The notes under the pieces are model-generated. The model saw only the letters and a list, made by a program, of their open reading frames with translations. It had not been told where the DNA came from and made no database searches. Below are positions 40,740 to 54,564 of a stretch of DNA of 59,942 nt, piece after piece; within the stretch, counting starts at the first letter, position 1, and each line of letters opens with the position of its first letter. The stretch is from Vicugna vicugna (taxonomy: Eukaryota): NCBI GenBank assembly GCA_013265495.1, contig MU058241.1:620001-679942 (forward strand). The letters run 5' to 3'. Position numbers and translations under genes: made by a program.

Positions 40740-41420
40740 GACGCAGCACAAGCTGGTAACCTGTCTTTGTCATGAACTGCTCGGGGAAGGGACTGGGATG
40801 ATGCTGAGCTGATGCTCAGATGCGGACTGTGTCAGGCACAGGCTGGATGGGGAGCGGGGAGAGGATGATGGAGGTCCAGTGTTGAGCCGGCTGTGTTGAG
40901 ATGTACGTTAGTGTCCACTTGCGATGTGTCCTGGGCATACATACCTGAGTCTGGAGTCGAGGGGAGAGGTCAGGCTGGAAATCCAGACGTCATCGTTCAT
41001 AGACAATATTTAGAGTCATGAAGCTGGATGAAGTGGAGGAAAGAGAAGAGCTTCCTGGGTTGAGCCCCAAGTCACAGCAGGATAGGGACGGGGAGGCAGC
41101 GGGGAACCAGCAAGTGCACTGAGAGCCATTCAGAAGGGGGAGAGTCCATGCGAGGGGGAGTTCTGAGGGGCAGATGGCAAAAGCCTTCCAGGAAGGAAGC
41201 AGTGGGCGGTCGGTGGCATCTGCGTGCATGTTGGAGGCCTGAACATCGGTCATTGGATAGTGTGACGCAGAGGTCATGGTCCACCTGAGCGAGAGCAGGC
41301 TGGCGGGTGGCTGAAGAAGACGTGTGCTTGACGTGTTCGAGAGGAGAGGTAGGGAGAGACGGAGAGCGGGTGTGAGGACCATTTCAGGAGCACTGGTTCC
41401 TGGGAAAGGAAGGAGCTGGG
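40740..41420 (-). mobile_element. Degenerate L2 fragment
   Basis: gagtctggagtcgaggggagaggtcaggctggaaat...atttagagtcatgaagctggatga, reverse L2-like. Confidence 0.65.
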
Positions 41421-43299
41421 TGAGGTTCTGGGTAGAGGGGTGAGCAGGGCACCCCCACATGTAACTACCTTTAGGAGGAAGAAATCAGCACATAGTATAC
41501 GCAGGTGGGGATTACCCTGAAGAGGGAGGGTCTCTGATGCTGGAGGAGAGGGCGGAGAATTGCAGAAGCAGGTGACCTGAAGCAGCAGTGCATCCAGTGT
41601 CTGAGGTCGGAGCGAGGCCGGTCCCTCCAGGTCCTGGGACGTGATGAGGTCTGAGCACGTGGGCCCAGGTTCAGGTGCAGTGGTGGGTGTGAAGGGGGAG
41701 CCATGGTGGTGGTCTCCCAAACACGTCCCTTTTCTTGGTGAAGTAGGGTGACTGGCCGAGAGTGGTGGAGGCTGGGGTGACCAGCGTGTACTGTGTTTTG
41801 CAGAAGTGTTAGCTTTTATTGCTGTCATGAATAAACTTGTATTTTTACAAACGATGCACATTGCCTTTTTATATTTTTATAGGACAGAAAAGTGTTAGTT
41901 ACATATTCTGATGGTGATCCTTGGGCAGTGGTGCAGATTTGGTCCAAGTTGTCCTTTTAAGTTAGTGGTCGTGGGGTTACTGGGGTTGAAATGTTCTGAG
42001 GAATGCTGATGAATTTTTATAAGTGTTGGGAGATTTCCTTTACCACCAGCTCGTAAAGGAAGTTGTCCTCATTACATCAACTTTTACAGTCCTGGAAAAT
42101 GCGAATATCAAGAATATTGAATGACTTTTTATGGTTGTTCAGTAAATTATTGACTAAGTGGAACGTAGTCTCCATGGAATGTAGCCTTTTTTTTTTCTTT
42201 GCCTTTTTTTAAACAGTGAGGCTCAGTTTTCATTGAATTTTTATATGGTGCTGGGGAGTGTAGAATTATGTGGGACTCTATTGAGAATTGATGAGTTTTG
42301 AAAATTTGTAAGAGGCTGAGACTGAAGGCTATTCTGAATGATTTAAAGATCTATTATGTCTGAAAAGAAGGACTAGACAGGTAGCCATGTACGAAGGAGG
42401 TGGGGAAATATCATGGGCATTGCAAAAACATCTCTTTCAAGCAAAAAATCAAAAATGCATGTAAAGCACTTACCCAGTGTCTGAACAGCCACGCTGGATA
42501 AACAGTAGCTCTTTTTATGACTCAGGAGGAGCGTAAGGTCACCGCTTTGGAACTCTATGATAGGTCCGTTGGACATGGACTTAAAAGGTGCCCCTGGGTA
42601 GCGGTCAGTACACAGCAGATAGGGGGAACAGGTCCACCGCGTGCACACAACTCTTTCCGGAAGTTTCCCTTCCTTCTTTGAAAACTGCCCGCGTGAGGAA
42701 GAGGAGAGGCTCAGGTCAGCGACTTTCATTTGGTGGAAGTGATTTTTTTGTTTTTATCGTGGGAAGACTTGAATATATTTATAAACTGAGGGGAAATGAA
42801 TCTCGCCGGGAATGTGACGTGGAGATACACTGAGGGGAAAGCCCAGACTTCTGGGGTCAGAAGGCAGCATTAAATCAAGTTTCCGGGCAGAGACGGAGAG
42901 AGCCAGCTTCTGCCCGAGGGTCGGGGTGTCCTGGACAGCACTTTCCAGGCTTCTGTGCGCACACAGTACCTGGGACTCGTGCTGACGCAGCGGGTGTAGG
43001 CTGTGGGCGCGAGACTGCGCTTCCCAGGCGGTGCTGGTGCTGAGTACGCGTGAGCGCTGGCCTGGGTGAGGATGCCGGTCTGTGACACGGCTTCCCCGTC
43101 AGCTCTCGCTCTGAGCTGCCTCCCAGTTTGATGAAGTCTTATGGTTTCTTCTGTCGCATTCTGTACGGACAAAATATGCAGTGGCTGATAATCATTGGAA
43201 ATAGATGAAAATGGTTTTTAAAAGTGGGGGGGGAACCCTCTTTTTATCATTCAAAATGCAGAATTATAATTATAGTTGTTTTGTCTCTGTCCCCAAACA

Positions 43300-44750
43300 A
43301 AAGATATTTCATTGGGTGTAGAATTCCACGGTAACAATTTTTTATTTTTAACTAGTCGTTTAAAAATATCTTTGCATTTTCCTTTGTTTTGCATATTTTC
43401 TGAAAAAAATCTCTGACGTTCTTTTTTTAAAACTGTATATAAAGTGTCTTTCCATTTCTCCGCCTGCTTTTGAGTTTTTCTTTCTATCTGGTTTTAAGCC
43501 ATATGATCACGGTACACCTAGACGGCATGTCTTCCAAGTTCTCCTTGCGGTCATTGAAATTTTGATGGTGCGCTTATAGTTTTAATCAACTTTTTAACGT
43601 ATTGACCTTTTTTCCCCCGTCCCATCCTCTGTCTCCTGTCTTCTGGGATTCTAATTATCCATGATAGACTTTATATGGTGTCCTGGGTCAGTGAGTCTCT
43701 GATGATGTTTTTCCTTCATTTTTCCCCCACTCTCTGCTTCATTTTGATAGTTCTTACCACTCTAGCTTTGAGTTCCCATCAAGAGATCTTTTCTTCTATA
43801 ATGTCGGGCACGCTTTTAATCCCATCTGGCATTTTCCGTTTGTTTGTTCTTCCATTTTTGCTTCTGAAAGTTCCATGCAGTCTTTCTTGTATCCTCTTTC
43901 TCTCCTGTCTGTGTCCACGTTTTCTTCTACACCCTGGGCACATACAGCATGTTTAGGATATTTTTTTAAATGTCCTTTTCTGCTAATTACGTCCCCTGCA
44001 TCATTCTGGCTCTATTTCTTTAGATTCCTTTTCTCCCCCCTTTTGGTGGTGTGTCACAGTTTCCTGCTTCGTGGCATGCCTGATGATGTTTGATTGGGTA
44101 AGACTTCTGTGTTCTGAAGTTTGCTGTATTTGTCTAAAAAGCAGTAGGCTGTTCTGGCATGCGGTTCATTACTTGAGATCAGTTTGCTTTTTTAAAGACT
44201 TGCTTTTAAACTTTCTTAGGAGATTCAGAGCAGCCTTTAGTTTGGGGTTAATTTGCCCCCATTACTAAGGTGATCTTTTTCTGAGGACGCTATGCGATGC
44301 CCTGTGTATCATGTGTCCTCTGCTCTGATGGCTGGAGTGTGAGTCATTAGCCATGTTAGAGCTGTAGGAATGGTCAGCTCCAGTGCTTTCTGACTGTCCC
44401 CCCGCCCCCATCTTGTGCACTTCCACCGCATGCATGTTCAGAAAGCAGGATTCAGCCCCAAACCCCAGGGTTGCTCACAACTCCGGGTTTCTCTCTTGGT
44501 CCAGGGCTTGCTCACAACTCTCCTGGTTTCTCTCTTGGCAGAGTTCTGTCCTTCCTCATTTTCTGCCCACAGCATCTATTCACTTCAGCCTCCTCAAACT
44601 TTGACCTCTTTCTCCATAAAAGTTGAGGGCTCCCTTTGCACCGTGGACTTGAAACTCCCTCTGGCCATTCCTGTTTGGACACATGGGGCTCACCTCATTG
44701 GCGTCTCCTCTCAGGGCATCCAGTCCTGTGTCACCTGTCGGCCATCGTCT
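43300..44750 (-). mobile_element. Old L1M internal fragment(s)
   Basis: T-rich text with gggtgtagaattcc, cttctgggattctaatta and cttcgtggcatgcctgatgatgtttgattgg, typical of reverse ancient L1. Confidence 0.5.
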
Positions 44751-45353
44751 ACATGAAGGTGTTGCACATCTTTCGTCCGGTTTTATGGTTGTGCACAGCA
44801 GTCAGCTCCCACACTCCTCAACAGGCAGGTTTTGCCAAACAACCCGAATTAGCTGGAGCTCTCCAGTCTGTGCTCTTGATGACTGTCTATTCTTTGCACC
44901 ATCTGTTCTTTACGGCTGAAAAAAAAATCCCTGTATTTGAACGGCCCCCTTCTCCCGGGCCTTCTCCTAATTAAAGACGGCTGTCACATTCTCTGAGAAC
45001 CTTCTTGACCTCCTCCTCCGTCTGAGCTGGTGTCTCTCCTGTGTTTGTTAGCTGTGTGGTGATGGAGATTGACGTTTTCTCTACCGAGAGGCAGTAGGGG
45101 CGGGAGCAGAAGCTGTGCCCCTGTCCTGGGACACTGCTGGACATTGTCCAGGTGTTTTCTGAACATGTGCTGATAGTGGTTCTCACTGGGTTTGTACACG
45201 CGTCTGTCCCAGCACTCATGGCATTGTGGTTTGGCTGTTGCAGCGTCTGTCTCCTACAGCGGGTGACGGAGTTCCTCTAGAGACCCATGTGGTCTTCTCT
45301 CCCTTTCACATTTGTGCTTTTCTGGCCAAGGAATCAGTATATTGCTCTAATCC

Positions 45354-45547
45354 AGAGTATTTCAACTCTGATACTACTGTTGTTTTGTAAGTTAAACACT
45401 TCTTTGTGGTGGGGCAACCCTACTCTCCCCAGTAGGTGCCAGGGGTCCCCACTTCCCGGTTGTGACGACCAGAAATGTCTCCAGACCTTGTCTGATGTTC
45501 CCCGGGGAGCAGGGGTGGGGGGGAGCGTGCTCGTGCTGAGAACCATT
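45354..45547 (+). mobile_element. MER20-like fragment
   Basis: gttgtgacgaccagaaatgtctccagaccttgtc...tgagaaccat. Confidence 0.65.
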
Positions 45548-45678
45548 TTCCTAACCTATGGGATCTGTCATTTCCCTTGCATGTGCATAGTGAGGAAATA
45601 ACGTTCTGTTCACATTCATTTTTCTCTCACTCTGTGATGACCTGGTCTGTCTAGAAGTGGTATGATATCCACACAGTT

Positions 45679-46150
45679 GTGTATAAACGAAGGAGTAAGA
45701 GATTTCAAGGAAGATTTCTGTGCTATTATGATTTATGGTAGGAAATGTAGATTTGGCCCTTGACCCCTTGCCTGGCATAGAGTTCCTAAAAACCCTTGGA
45801 GTTTCTAAGTGATGTGAGCAATAAATAAGGTCTTTTGTTATGATAATGAGGGGGCTTTTGCTGTAATTAGAGGATCAGACTTCCAGTCCCCACGTCTGAT
45901 TTACAAAAGGAGAGAAGAGCTGGAGGCTGGGTCCAATCCTCAGTGACCAGTGACTTAACCAGTCTTGCCCTTGCGGTGAGAGCTCCATAAAACCCCAGAG
46001 GACTGGGTTCAGAGAGCTTCCGGGTGGGTAAACACATGGACATTTGGGGAGAGTGTCTTCTGCCATTTCCCCGTATCTTGCTCTGTGTGTCTCTTGCATT
46101 TGGCTGTTCCTGCGTTGAAACCTTTTATAATAAACTGGTAATACGGTAAG
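45679..46150 (+). mobile_element. MER21-like LTR
   Basis: cctggcatagagttcctaaaaacccttgga...ctgggttcagagagcttccgggtgggtaaacacatgga...ttataataaactggtaa. Confidence 0.7.
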
Positions 46151-47506
46151 AACTGGGGATTGAAATTCTAATACCTGTAATCGGGGCTAGCACTCATTAC
46201 AGCATTACTACGTGGCTGAACCTGTGCTAAGTGTCCGGCATCCTTTAGCTCATGCTGAGGGTGATGATACACAGTGGTAATTACTGTCCTCCTGTTATGT
46301 GTGAAGACAGGGAGACTTGCGGAATTATCTTTGCCTCCAGATCATTTATTCGGCTCCTACCTGGCTGACGCACTTGCCGTGACCCGTGTAGGGCAGCCTG
46401 TATTTGCTTCTGCCACTTCGTCATGCTTATTTTTTTCTTCTAGAACATTCCTGTCTTCTGCATCACCCTTACCCACCTCACTCACCCTAACGTGTTGATG
46501 GCTTATCTTAAAAAGTTTTCTCCTCGTGTAATCCTCTTTCGACCTCACATGTGCTTCCATCACTTCCTGTGACTACCTTTACTTAATACAAATTAAACTG
46601 CTTAATGATCTTCCTTGTTTGTTAGTAAAAGTCTGAACTGTAAGCACAGTGTGGCATCGTTTTGATCCTTCCGTCTGTTCATCATTAGACACCTAGTAGC
46701 TAGAATGCCAGTCTGGCTTATGAGTCAGTCTGTAAATGCTTCAGTGGGCTTCTCATGTCATGGGCATACCTGGTAACTCTTACTAACAAAATGCAGGAAG
46801 AAGGGGAGAGAAGGAAACAATGGTTTAACTCAAGTGTCTTAGCCGTCCCCGGTTCTCTAGAAATTTTTGGATTTGGGGAATTATTCAGGTGCCTGACGAT
46901 CTTCCAGAGGTCTCCCAGCGTGACTCTGGAGTTCTGCTCCCAGGGGAGAATCTGACATGGACATCCCCATACAGAGGGTCACATTGGCCTTCAAAATAAA
47001 TCGAAAAGCAAGCCAACCGAGAGCAAACTGAGATAAACATGAGTAAAAATGACTCTAGCCAAAGGAGCATGTATGTACCTATAGGAAAGGGACTTTCTTA
47101 AAAACAAATGTTTCTGATTTTTTTTCCTACTTTTATAGTTTTCATGGCTAACGTCTAGTTTGCCTGGGAACCAAATTCATTATAATCTCACCTAATAAAT
47201 TGGGATGTGTAACTGGGTTTCCAAGCAAATTATAATTGCATTTCCAAGCATTAGAAAATTCAAATTAGAAACATTGGAATTGAATTTGAATTGAGAATGC
47301 TTTTTCCTCTTTCGTGCATCCCTAGTATTTAGATGCCTTCTTTGAAAGATACAAGTGGCAGTTTTGTTTTTCGTTTAACAGTATAATGTCTTTATTTTTA
47401 TAGAAATCATATATGCCCATTAAAACATTAATATAACAAACCACACAAGAGAGTAAAACTTAAACTTCACTCCAAATTCTACCATCCAGAAATAGCCGTG
47501 GTTACC

Positions 47507-48045
47507 TGTGCAGAAGAGTTACCACAGCAAACCTGTCCTGAGACATTTCTGCTTGAAAGGTTGCCCTTCGGCTGGCTTCTGGAAACTTAGATTTGGGGGA
47601 GAGTTCTCACCAATTCCTAGCTGATAAGAGGGGTGCACTGTTCCTAAAGTATTGGTACAAACAGTGTGGTTGATGGCAAACACCTGTTTCCTTCTGGGGG
47701 TCTGGATTTTGGGTACACGAGAGGCAGAAGGTGCCTGTGTGACCAGCCTCCAAGGAAAACTCTGGGCTTCAGGTCTCCACTGAACTTGTCTGGCTGACTG
47801 CATTTCGTGGGTGTCGTTACAACTCACAGCTGGAGGGATTCGGCGCATCCTGTGTGACTCCATTGGGAAACCCTGCACCTGCTTTCCTCCACATTTCTCC
47901 CCATAGACCTTCTCCCTTCTGCTGATTTTGCTTTGCATCCTTTTGCTATGTTACATCATAGCCTTGAATATGAGTACGTGCTGCGTCCCATGAGTCTTCT
48001 GAGGGGATAATCAAACCTGGGGTTGTTCATGGAAACCCCAGTATA
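47507..48045 (+). mobile_element. MER68-like ERVL LTR
   Basis: Begins tgtgcagaagagtta, and contains ctgcttgaaaggttgcccttcggctggc, cagaaggtgcctgtgtgaccagcc and tgctgattttgctttgcatcctttt. Confidence 0.78.
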
Positions 48046-50793
48046 TCAGGCAGACATCTCACCAGGCATCTCAGTGTGCAAGGTAGTTTTAATACTGCTT
48101 CAAGTTTAATATTATTGTAGTCTTCTGGTATTGTAGTATGAATACAACAGAAGAAGATGAAACCTCCCAAATTTCTGGGGGAAAAAGATTATGAAAAATA
48201 TTACGAGGTTGAAATAATTATTTTTGAAAATTCCATATTTATTTTATCATTTATGGATGTCCTCAAATTAAGTTCTCAATTTCTTACACCACTTCTTCTA
48301 CCTACCAGTTTTTAAAATATATTCTTTTACCTTTAGCTTTATTGCATCAAATTCTCTCTTTTTAACCATAACTCCTACTTTATTCAGTTTTAGTTTTACA
48401 TTTATGTGGATGATTGAATGATTAGTGGTTCTTTTATGCTAATTTCTTGATCCTTGGCTTTCTAAATTGGATCGTGTCTTAGCTTCTTTCAGAAAAGGCG
48501 TCCGTGGAGATCATTTTCTTTGAGATTGTTCATGACAGACTTTGCCTTCTGTGACACCTGAAGTGACCTGGCAAAAGATGGTTATCTGTGTGATTGGTGA
48601 AATTATTACTAAGAATAGTTTTATAAGGGAACTGTAATGGTGTTAATTGTACAGTTTATTATTGGTCTTACTAGACTGGGTATAATTGTGTAAACAGATA
48701 CAGCATTTAGCATGTTGCTACGTGTGTTTTCATTTCCACGAAGTTGATGGGCATTACACCCATCACGATTTGGGTAACTCGCACCTTTTCTAAAATGTTC
48801 ACATCCCTCTGGACAAGTCCACGAGTAATTAACTTGTAATATCACAGGGAATATTACATGCTTAATGGTCAGAAGTCTCTCTTCCTGCACCCAGAAGACC
48901 TTTTGTTCACAGGATTTCCAGCTGGCCATTAAGGGACCAATTCACACATTTTCTTCATATGTAGAGTATTAGTATTCTCACACATCATTTTCTCTGATCT
49001 GTAAGCATTTTTGTCCTGATTCCATTCAACTCGTAAATTTTCATTAAGCGGTGATTAAAGACATGGAGAGAGACCTTGTGTATGGGGACCATATGTTCTC
49101 TAATTTATATTCAGACCATTACTATTTTTCAACCGACTCCAAGATGATGATCCGAGGTAACTGATAGAGGACATCAAAATTTGCATTCACTGGGTAGAAA
49201 CAATAGAGCAGTTAAGTATACCACCTGCTTAAGGGTGCTGTATCAAATCCACGTATTTGTAAGACTACCTTTGTTTAAGTTCACAAACTAAAGACTGGTT
49301 CTTTCTTATAAACTCCAGCAGGGCTCTGTTCCCTCCGTACAGACTTCTGTGCTCGGTGTAACTGAAGCGTGTTGGACCCTCATGGTGGGTCACACCGTAG
49401 TAGAAGCCGAGCCAAGTCGCTGCCTTCGGCTCTTGGAACATTGTTGTCAGAATTGCAGAGGAATCTGGAAATGTTAAGCCGAAACCATGGAGCAGAGGGA
49501 AAACAAGAGAGACACCAGGGACTCCACCCCAGCTGAGCACCTGGGGTGGCCACCTCTGCGAGCAGATCTTAGTTCTCTGTCTGCACAACCTCATAACACT
49601 CGGAACAGAATCCGCACTGTTTCAGGCTCAGGGACCAGTCTAGAAAGCGCCAGGGCAGAGATGAACGTTTTTGGTTTCCGTGGCCCACAAAATAATAACA
49701 GAATTTTTTTTTAAAGTCACATTTTGTAATCCATGGCAAAAAGGAAAAATGTTGACTACACGTGGGGAACAGCTCCCACATCAACTGGGAGATGCCAGTC
49801 ATTGAGCATTCCACTTTTGATCATTCTGCTCTTACGCTCGGTGGGAACCAGTGTTGCAGATCTGGCCACTGGTTTTGTTTGTTGGTTCTTAATTCTGCCC
49901 CCTTAGCTCCATGAGTAGATTAGTGAGATGAGGAGATAGCGTCTCTGGTTTCCTGTCTTTCCCAGTTCAAGGGTGTGGTGGCTGGCACTTGAGAATCACA
50001 TGAACAGAAGGCCCTGACTTTCTTACCTGATTCTCAGATTACACCCCGTTTTCACATGTGATGGAGTGTCCACTGAGTTGATTTGATCATACGATTGTGC
50101 ACACGAGGTCCCTGTGATTTCCGAATTAGCAAGCAGTAAACACTTGCCAGACTTAGTACAAGTATTTCTACTTGGAAGTCTCAGCCCATGTGGCAGGGGC
50201 CAGTGATTTGGGGAACTAAGTACTTTCTCTCGGGGCATAAAGTATATACATTTCGTGGAAAGAGAAGAGGTGGCCAGCACTGCATAACTGTTAGTCTTCT
50301 GTCCTTCTCTGATTTCTAAGTTAGGTTTGGATCTGAATCGAGAACTTCAAAACCAATGAAGTAAAACAAAACACATCTAGCTGCGAACAGAAAAATGAAC
50401 TGTGAAACTGAATATGAGACAAAACCTTAAGAACTGACGATGACTAAATGTTTAAAAAGTTTTTGTAATTAACTAGCTCCGTACTTGTGGTACTTCAGTG
50501 TTGAAACCCTGGCCTTTCTTCTGTTTCACCTGGGAAGTTCCTGAATTGAGACTATTTTAATCCAGTCAGTTCATGTTATTCTCAAATATTATATAAGATT
50601 AATTATTAACGATCTATTTCATTGACATCTGCAATTCTAAGGAATTGTATTTTTTCTAGCTAGTGTTTCTAGGTTTCCACCTTTTGTAATTGAGAGTGTG
50701 AGCTCTTTCCCTGTGTTTAGTTGTCAGCGTATTGCGGTGTTGACGTACATTCAACGTACAACATCAGAACTCAGATGGAATGTAACCTGTGAA

Positions 50794-50812
50794 TGTGTGT
50801 GTGTGTGTGTGT
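50794..50812. repeat. (TG)n microsatellite
   Basis: Read directly from the sequence. A similar run occurs at about 14756-14776. Confidence 0.9.
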
Positions 50813-51003
50813 AATGGATGTGTGTCTGTTGCATGGAATATAAAGTTACAATTCATGGGTCATATTCCTTCAGAAAAGTAGCATAAAATATCATTTCTTT
50901 GGGGGAAAGAAAGCATGCAAACCATAGAAGGGAAAATGCAATGGAATGAGAATTTTCTGATGTCTTGGCAATCAGACGTCAGGTGTCTTTAACGGAAGAA
51001 TGA

Positions 51004-51402
<399 letters not shown>

Positions 51403-51458
51403 TAGGACTCAGCCGCAGTGAACCCAGATTGGGGCAGAGCAAAGCATTCACCTGAATT

Positions 51459-51590
51459 CTTTTTTTTAAATTTATTTTTTAATTGAAGTATGATTGATTC
51501 GCAGTATTATTAGTTTTCAGGTGCACTGCATCGTGATTCAGTATTTTTATAGATGATACTCCATTGAAAGTTACAACAAAATAATAGCTC
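51459..51590 (-). mobile_element. Short L1 3' end
   Basis: Poly-T then aattgaagtatgattga...ttttcaggtgcactgcatcgtgattcagtattttta. Confidence 0.7.
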
Positions 51591-52913
51591 TGGCCTATGA
51601 ATCCTTTCAAACTTCACCACCTAGGAAGGCCACCATCAGCTTGGGAACCTTGTGTTTTTCTCCAGTGCCAGTGAATCAGCTAAGCTCCACTGGCTACCCT
51701 GGGGTCAGTAGATTTAAATCCCTGGAAAAAAGGGCTGGGGATGGAGCACAGTTGAAAAACACATAACGAATGCAGGAGTCTCGTGGTTTTCCTGTTGTGA
51801 TCCAAGAATAGAAGTGAGTCTGCAGGGACTTTGAATGTCTGGATTAGTGTCTCAGGATTCTAGGTGGAGGAACTGCTGTCTTCCAAAAGATGGGGAATGC
51901 AACTTACCAAACAAGTTAGCGGGTGTAAGTTTACACTCATAGGCAGCTTCTAGAGCATGTAAAGCCTTCACGCTGAGTGTTTCTGGCCTGTTTCTGTAAA
52001 CGTGGCTGAGTTCTTTTATGTCAGACCAACGCTGTTGTACAGTTTGGGGTATCATCCAGGTACACTGTGAGAGATGTAAGAGTTTGTTACTTTTTGGGTC
52101 TAACTTGAAGACGAAAGTAGAACACATCAGGAGACGTCATTCACGACCAGTAGAAAATGTCTCACCTCCTCTCTCTCACTTGCACTCACACACGTCAAGT
52201 GTACGTTGTTGCAATGCTGGTGTTTGATTCCATGCTTGCTGACTATTTTCAGAAGGCCATTCTTACCTAACAGTTGACATCTCCTGGAATTCACGTACCT
52301 GCCCCATCTTCCTCTGGCTCCCACTTGGAAATACTCTCATCTGAAATCTGTATAATCCATACAGTTTTCCATTTTTTTTTCTGTGATATGCTTGGAAACC
52401 TGGCACAAATACTGTCTCAAATTCAAAATCATGGCTGCTTTCCTTAACAGACTGAACATTTTTTCAATGGATTCAAAGTTTTACTGTTTCTGTACCTTTT
52501 ATTGTAAACTACATAAAAATCACTTCCACAGAAATCTACTCCCATTTAAGTTTTTAAAAATCTACTATTATGAAACCTTTTCTGCGGTTATAGATCATTT
52601 GCTGTTTAAATGTTAGCATTTACCATAAAAATAGGATGCTTTAGAATGATTGTTGAAAACCCATTTGTGAAACCTTTATTGTTGTAAAAGTAGGGCATTT
52701 AAAAGAGGCAATATAAAATAAAATAGGCTTTTCATGTGAAGCACTGAAGTCAGTATAAACTTCAAGTATATTCTGGTTCACCGAGAAGAGGGGAAATATT
52801 CTACAAAGGGCCAACGTAAATGATTAATTATTGAAAGATACCTACAGTTTAAACCCACGCTTAACTAAATAGGATGGATTTTTGCTAAAGTCACCTTTCT
52901 ACTGCAGGTAGCT

Positions 52914-53240
52914 CTTTTTTTAATTGAAGTAGAGTCAGCTTACAGTGTTAGTTTCCGATGTACAGCCTAGTGATTCAGTTACACATACATATATTCCTTT
53001 GCATATTTTTTCATTATAGGCCATTACAAGGCATTGAATATAGTTCCCTGTGGTCCACAGTAGGACCTTGTTGTTTATCTATTTTACATACGGTAGTTTG
53101 TATCTGCTAATTCTGAACTCCCAATTTATCCCTCAACCCCGTTTCTTTTTTTTTTCTTTTGTGTATTCAGTCTTCTCCAAACTATACTCTTAAAATTTTT
53201 AAAATTTTATTGTTTTTATTGAAGTACAGTCAGTTACAAA
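52914..53240 (-). mobile_element. L1 3' end(s)
   Basis: ttaattgaagtagagtcagcttaca...ttgaatatagttccctgtg...ctcccaatttatccct. A second terminus lies at about 53195-53239. Confidence 0.8.
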
Positions 53241-54440
53241 TCCCTCTACTCCCTTTGGCCCAAGTAACCCTTGACTTGGACGTTTGTGGAGAGACAGTTC
53301 ACGGAGCACTAACCACAGACAGAGTCAACAGACCCCTGTTGACCTGACAGCGACTTTTGCATAATAAGCCTAAGGATCGCGGTGTCGTCAAGTCTTAGAC
53401 ATTCTTTCCTTGCCGTCTGCAGCAGCTCCTGAAGGAGGGCTGGCCTCCGAGTCCCCGGAGCATCTGTCAGTATTCAGTGAGCCCCAAGAGGGTCTCCGGG
53501 AGAGCTTTCTGCACCCCTGCAGGGACAATCTCAGGTCCTTATGGGCCACTCGAAGTCCCTGATGGCGCTCCCAACCTGGAGCCAGGCTGCCTGCTCACTC
53601 TCCAAAGAGGATTCTGGTGCTCTATCCAGCTACCATAATAGGACCCTAAACTTCAACCTCTCTTTGGGCTCCACTGTATTATTATAGGTCAATTAAAAGA
53701 TCTATCAGTATCAAATAGTTTAAGTCTAATATAATCACTGATTTAGCGGTTGTTTTAGGCTAATGAATAACATGGAGATTTTTTTTTCTCTGATCTTAAT
53801 TTTCTACTAATTTGTGGAATTTTTTAAATAAGATTCAGAGCACACCCTACAAAGAACCAGATTCTGTTGGACAAACCTGTAAATTCCTCCTGTCCTCATC
53901 CATTCCTGATTTACTTATTGAAGTGTCATCTCATAGGAAATCCCAAAGAGCATGCCCTTAATGTCCTCCGTATTTAAAACGGACAGATGTCACCTGGGTT
54001 TACGGAGCATTTCAGCTCAGTGAGTATTTATGGACTCTTTGTGAGGGGTCATGAGGAGAGCTGGCTGTGCGCCGTGCTGGGCACTGCGGGGCAGAGTCAC
54101 TAGGACACCAGCCCGTACCGGGTCCAGGAGTTCCTTGTCAAGGGGGCTGTGCACACACACTCATTTAAATGGGCCAATCCCTTTCTTAACTTTTGCCATA
54201 AATTGAGATGTACCACCCCCCGTCCTATTTCTCCTTTCCAGGCTTCTTGGGTTAATGAAAAATTTTCAAAATACATGGAAACACATATGCACGTTGGTCC
54301 TTGTTTGTGGAAGAGAAGAGGGGGTGAGGGCTGGACTGGTTGTCTAGCTTCAAAAGCTTTATATGCTGGAAGCTTGAGTTTTTAAAGCCATTGTGTGTTT
54401 TGAAAAGATGATCAACAGAATGCCCATTACATCTCAGTTG

Positions 54441-54564
54441 TGCTGGGAGATTAATTAACCTATTAATCTAGGTTACGCTGCGAGAACAGTCCTTAAATGC
54501 TGGGAGATTAATTAACCTATTAATTAACCTATTAATCTAGGTTACGCTGCGAGAACAGTCCTTA
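54441..54564. repeat. Tandem duplication of a 55-bp unit, with an extra 12-bp internal duplication in copy 2
   Basis: tgctgggagattaattaacctattaatctaggttacgctgcgagaacagtcctta occurs at 54441 and 54498. Confidence 0.95.

Noticed and set aside
41274..41861. Longest ORF in the track (195 aa, minus strand), and similar ORFs such as 27613..28098 and 6725..7195
   Set aside because: They have low-complexity Pro/Ser/Leu composition, often overlap decayed repeats, and show no recognisable family. This is the chance expectation for intronic DNA.
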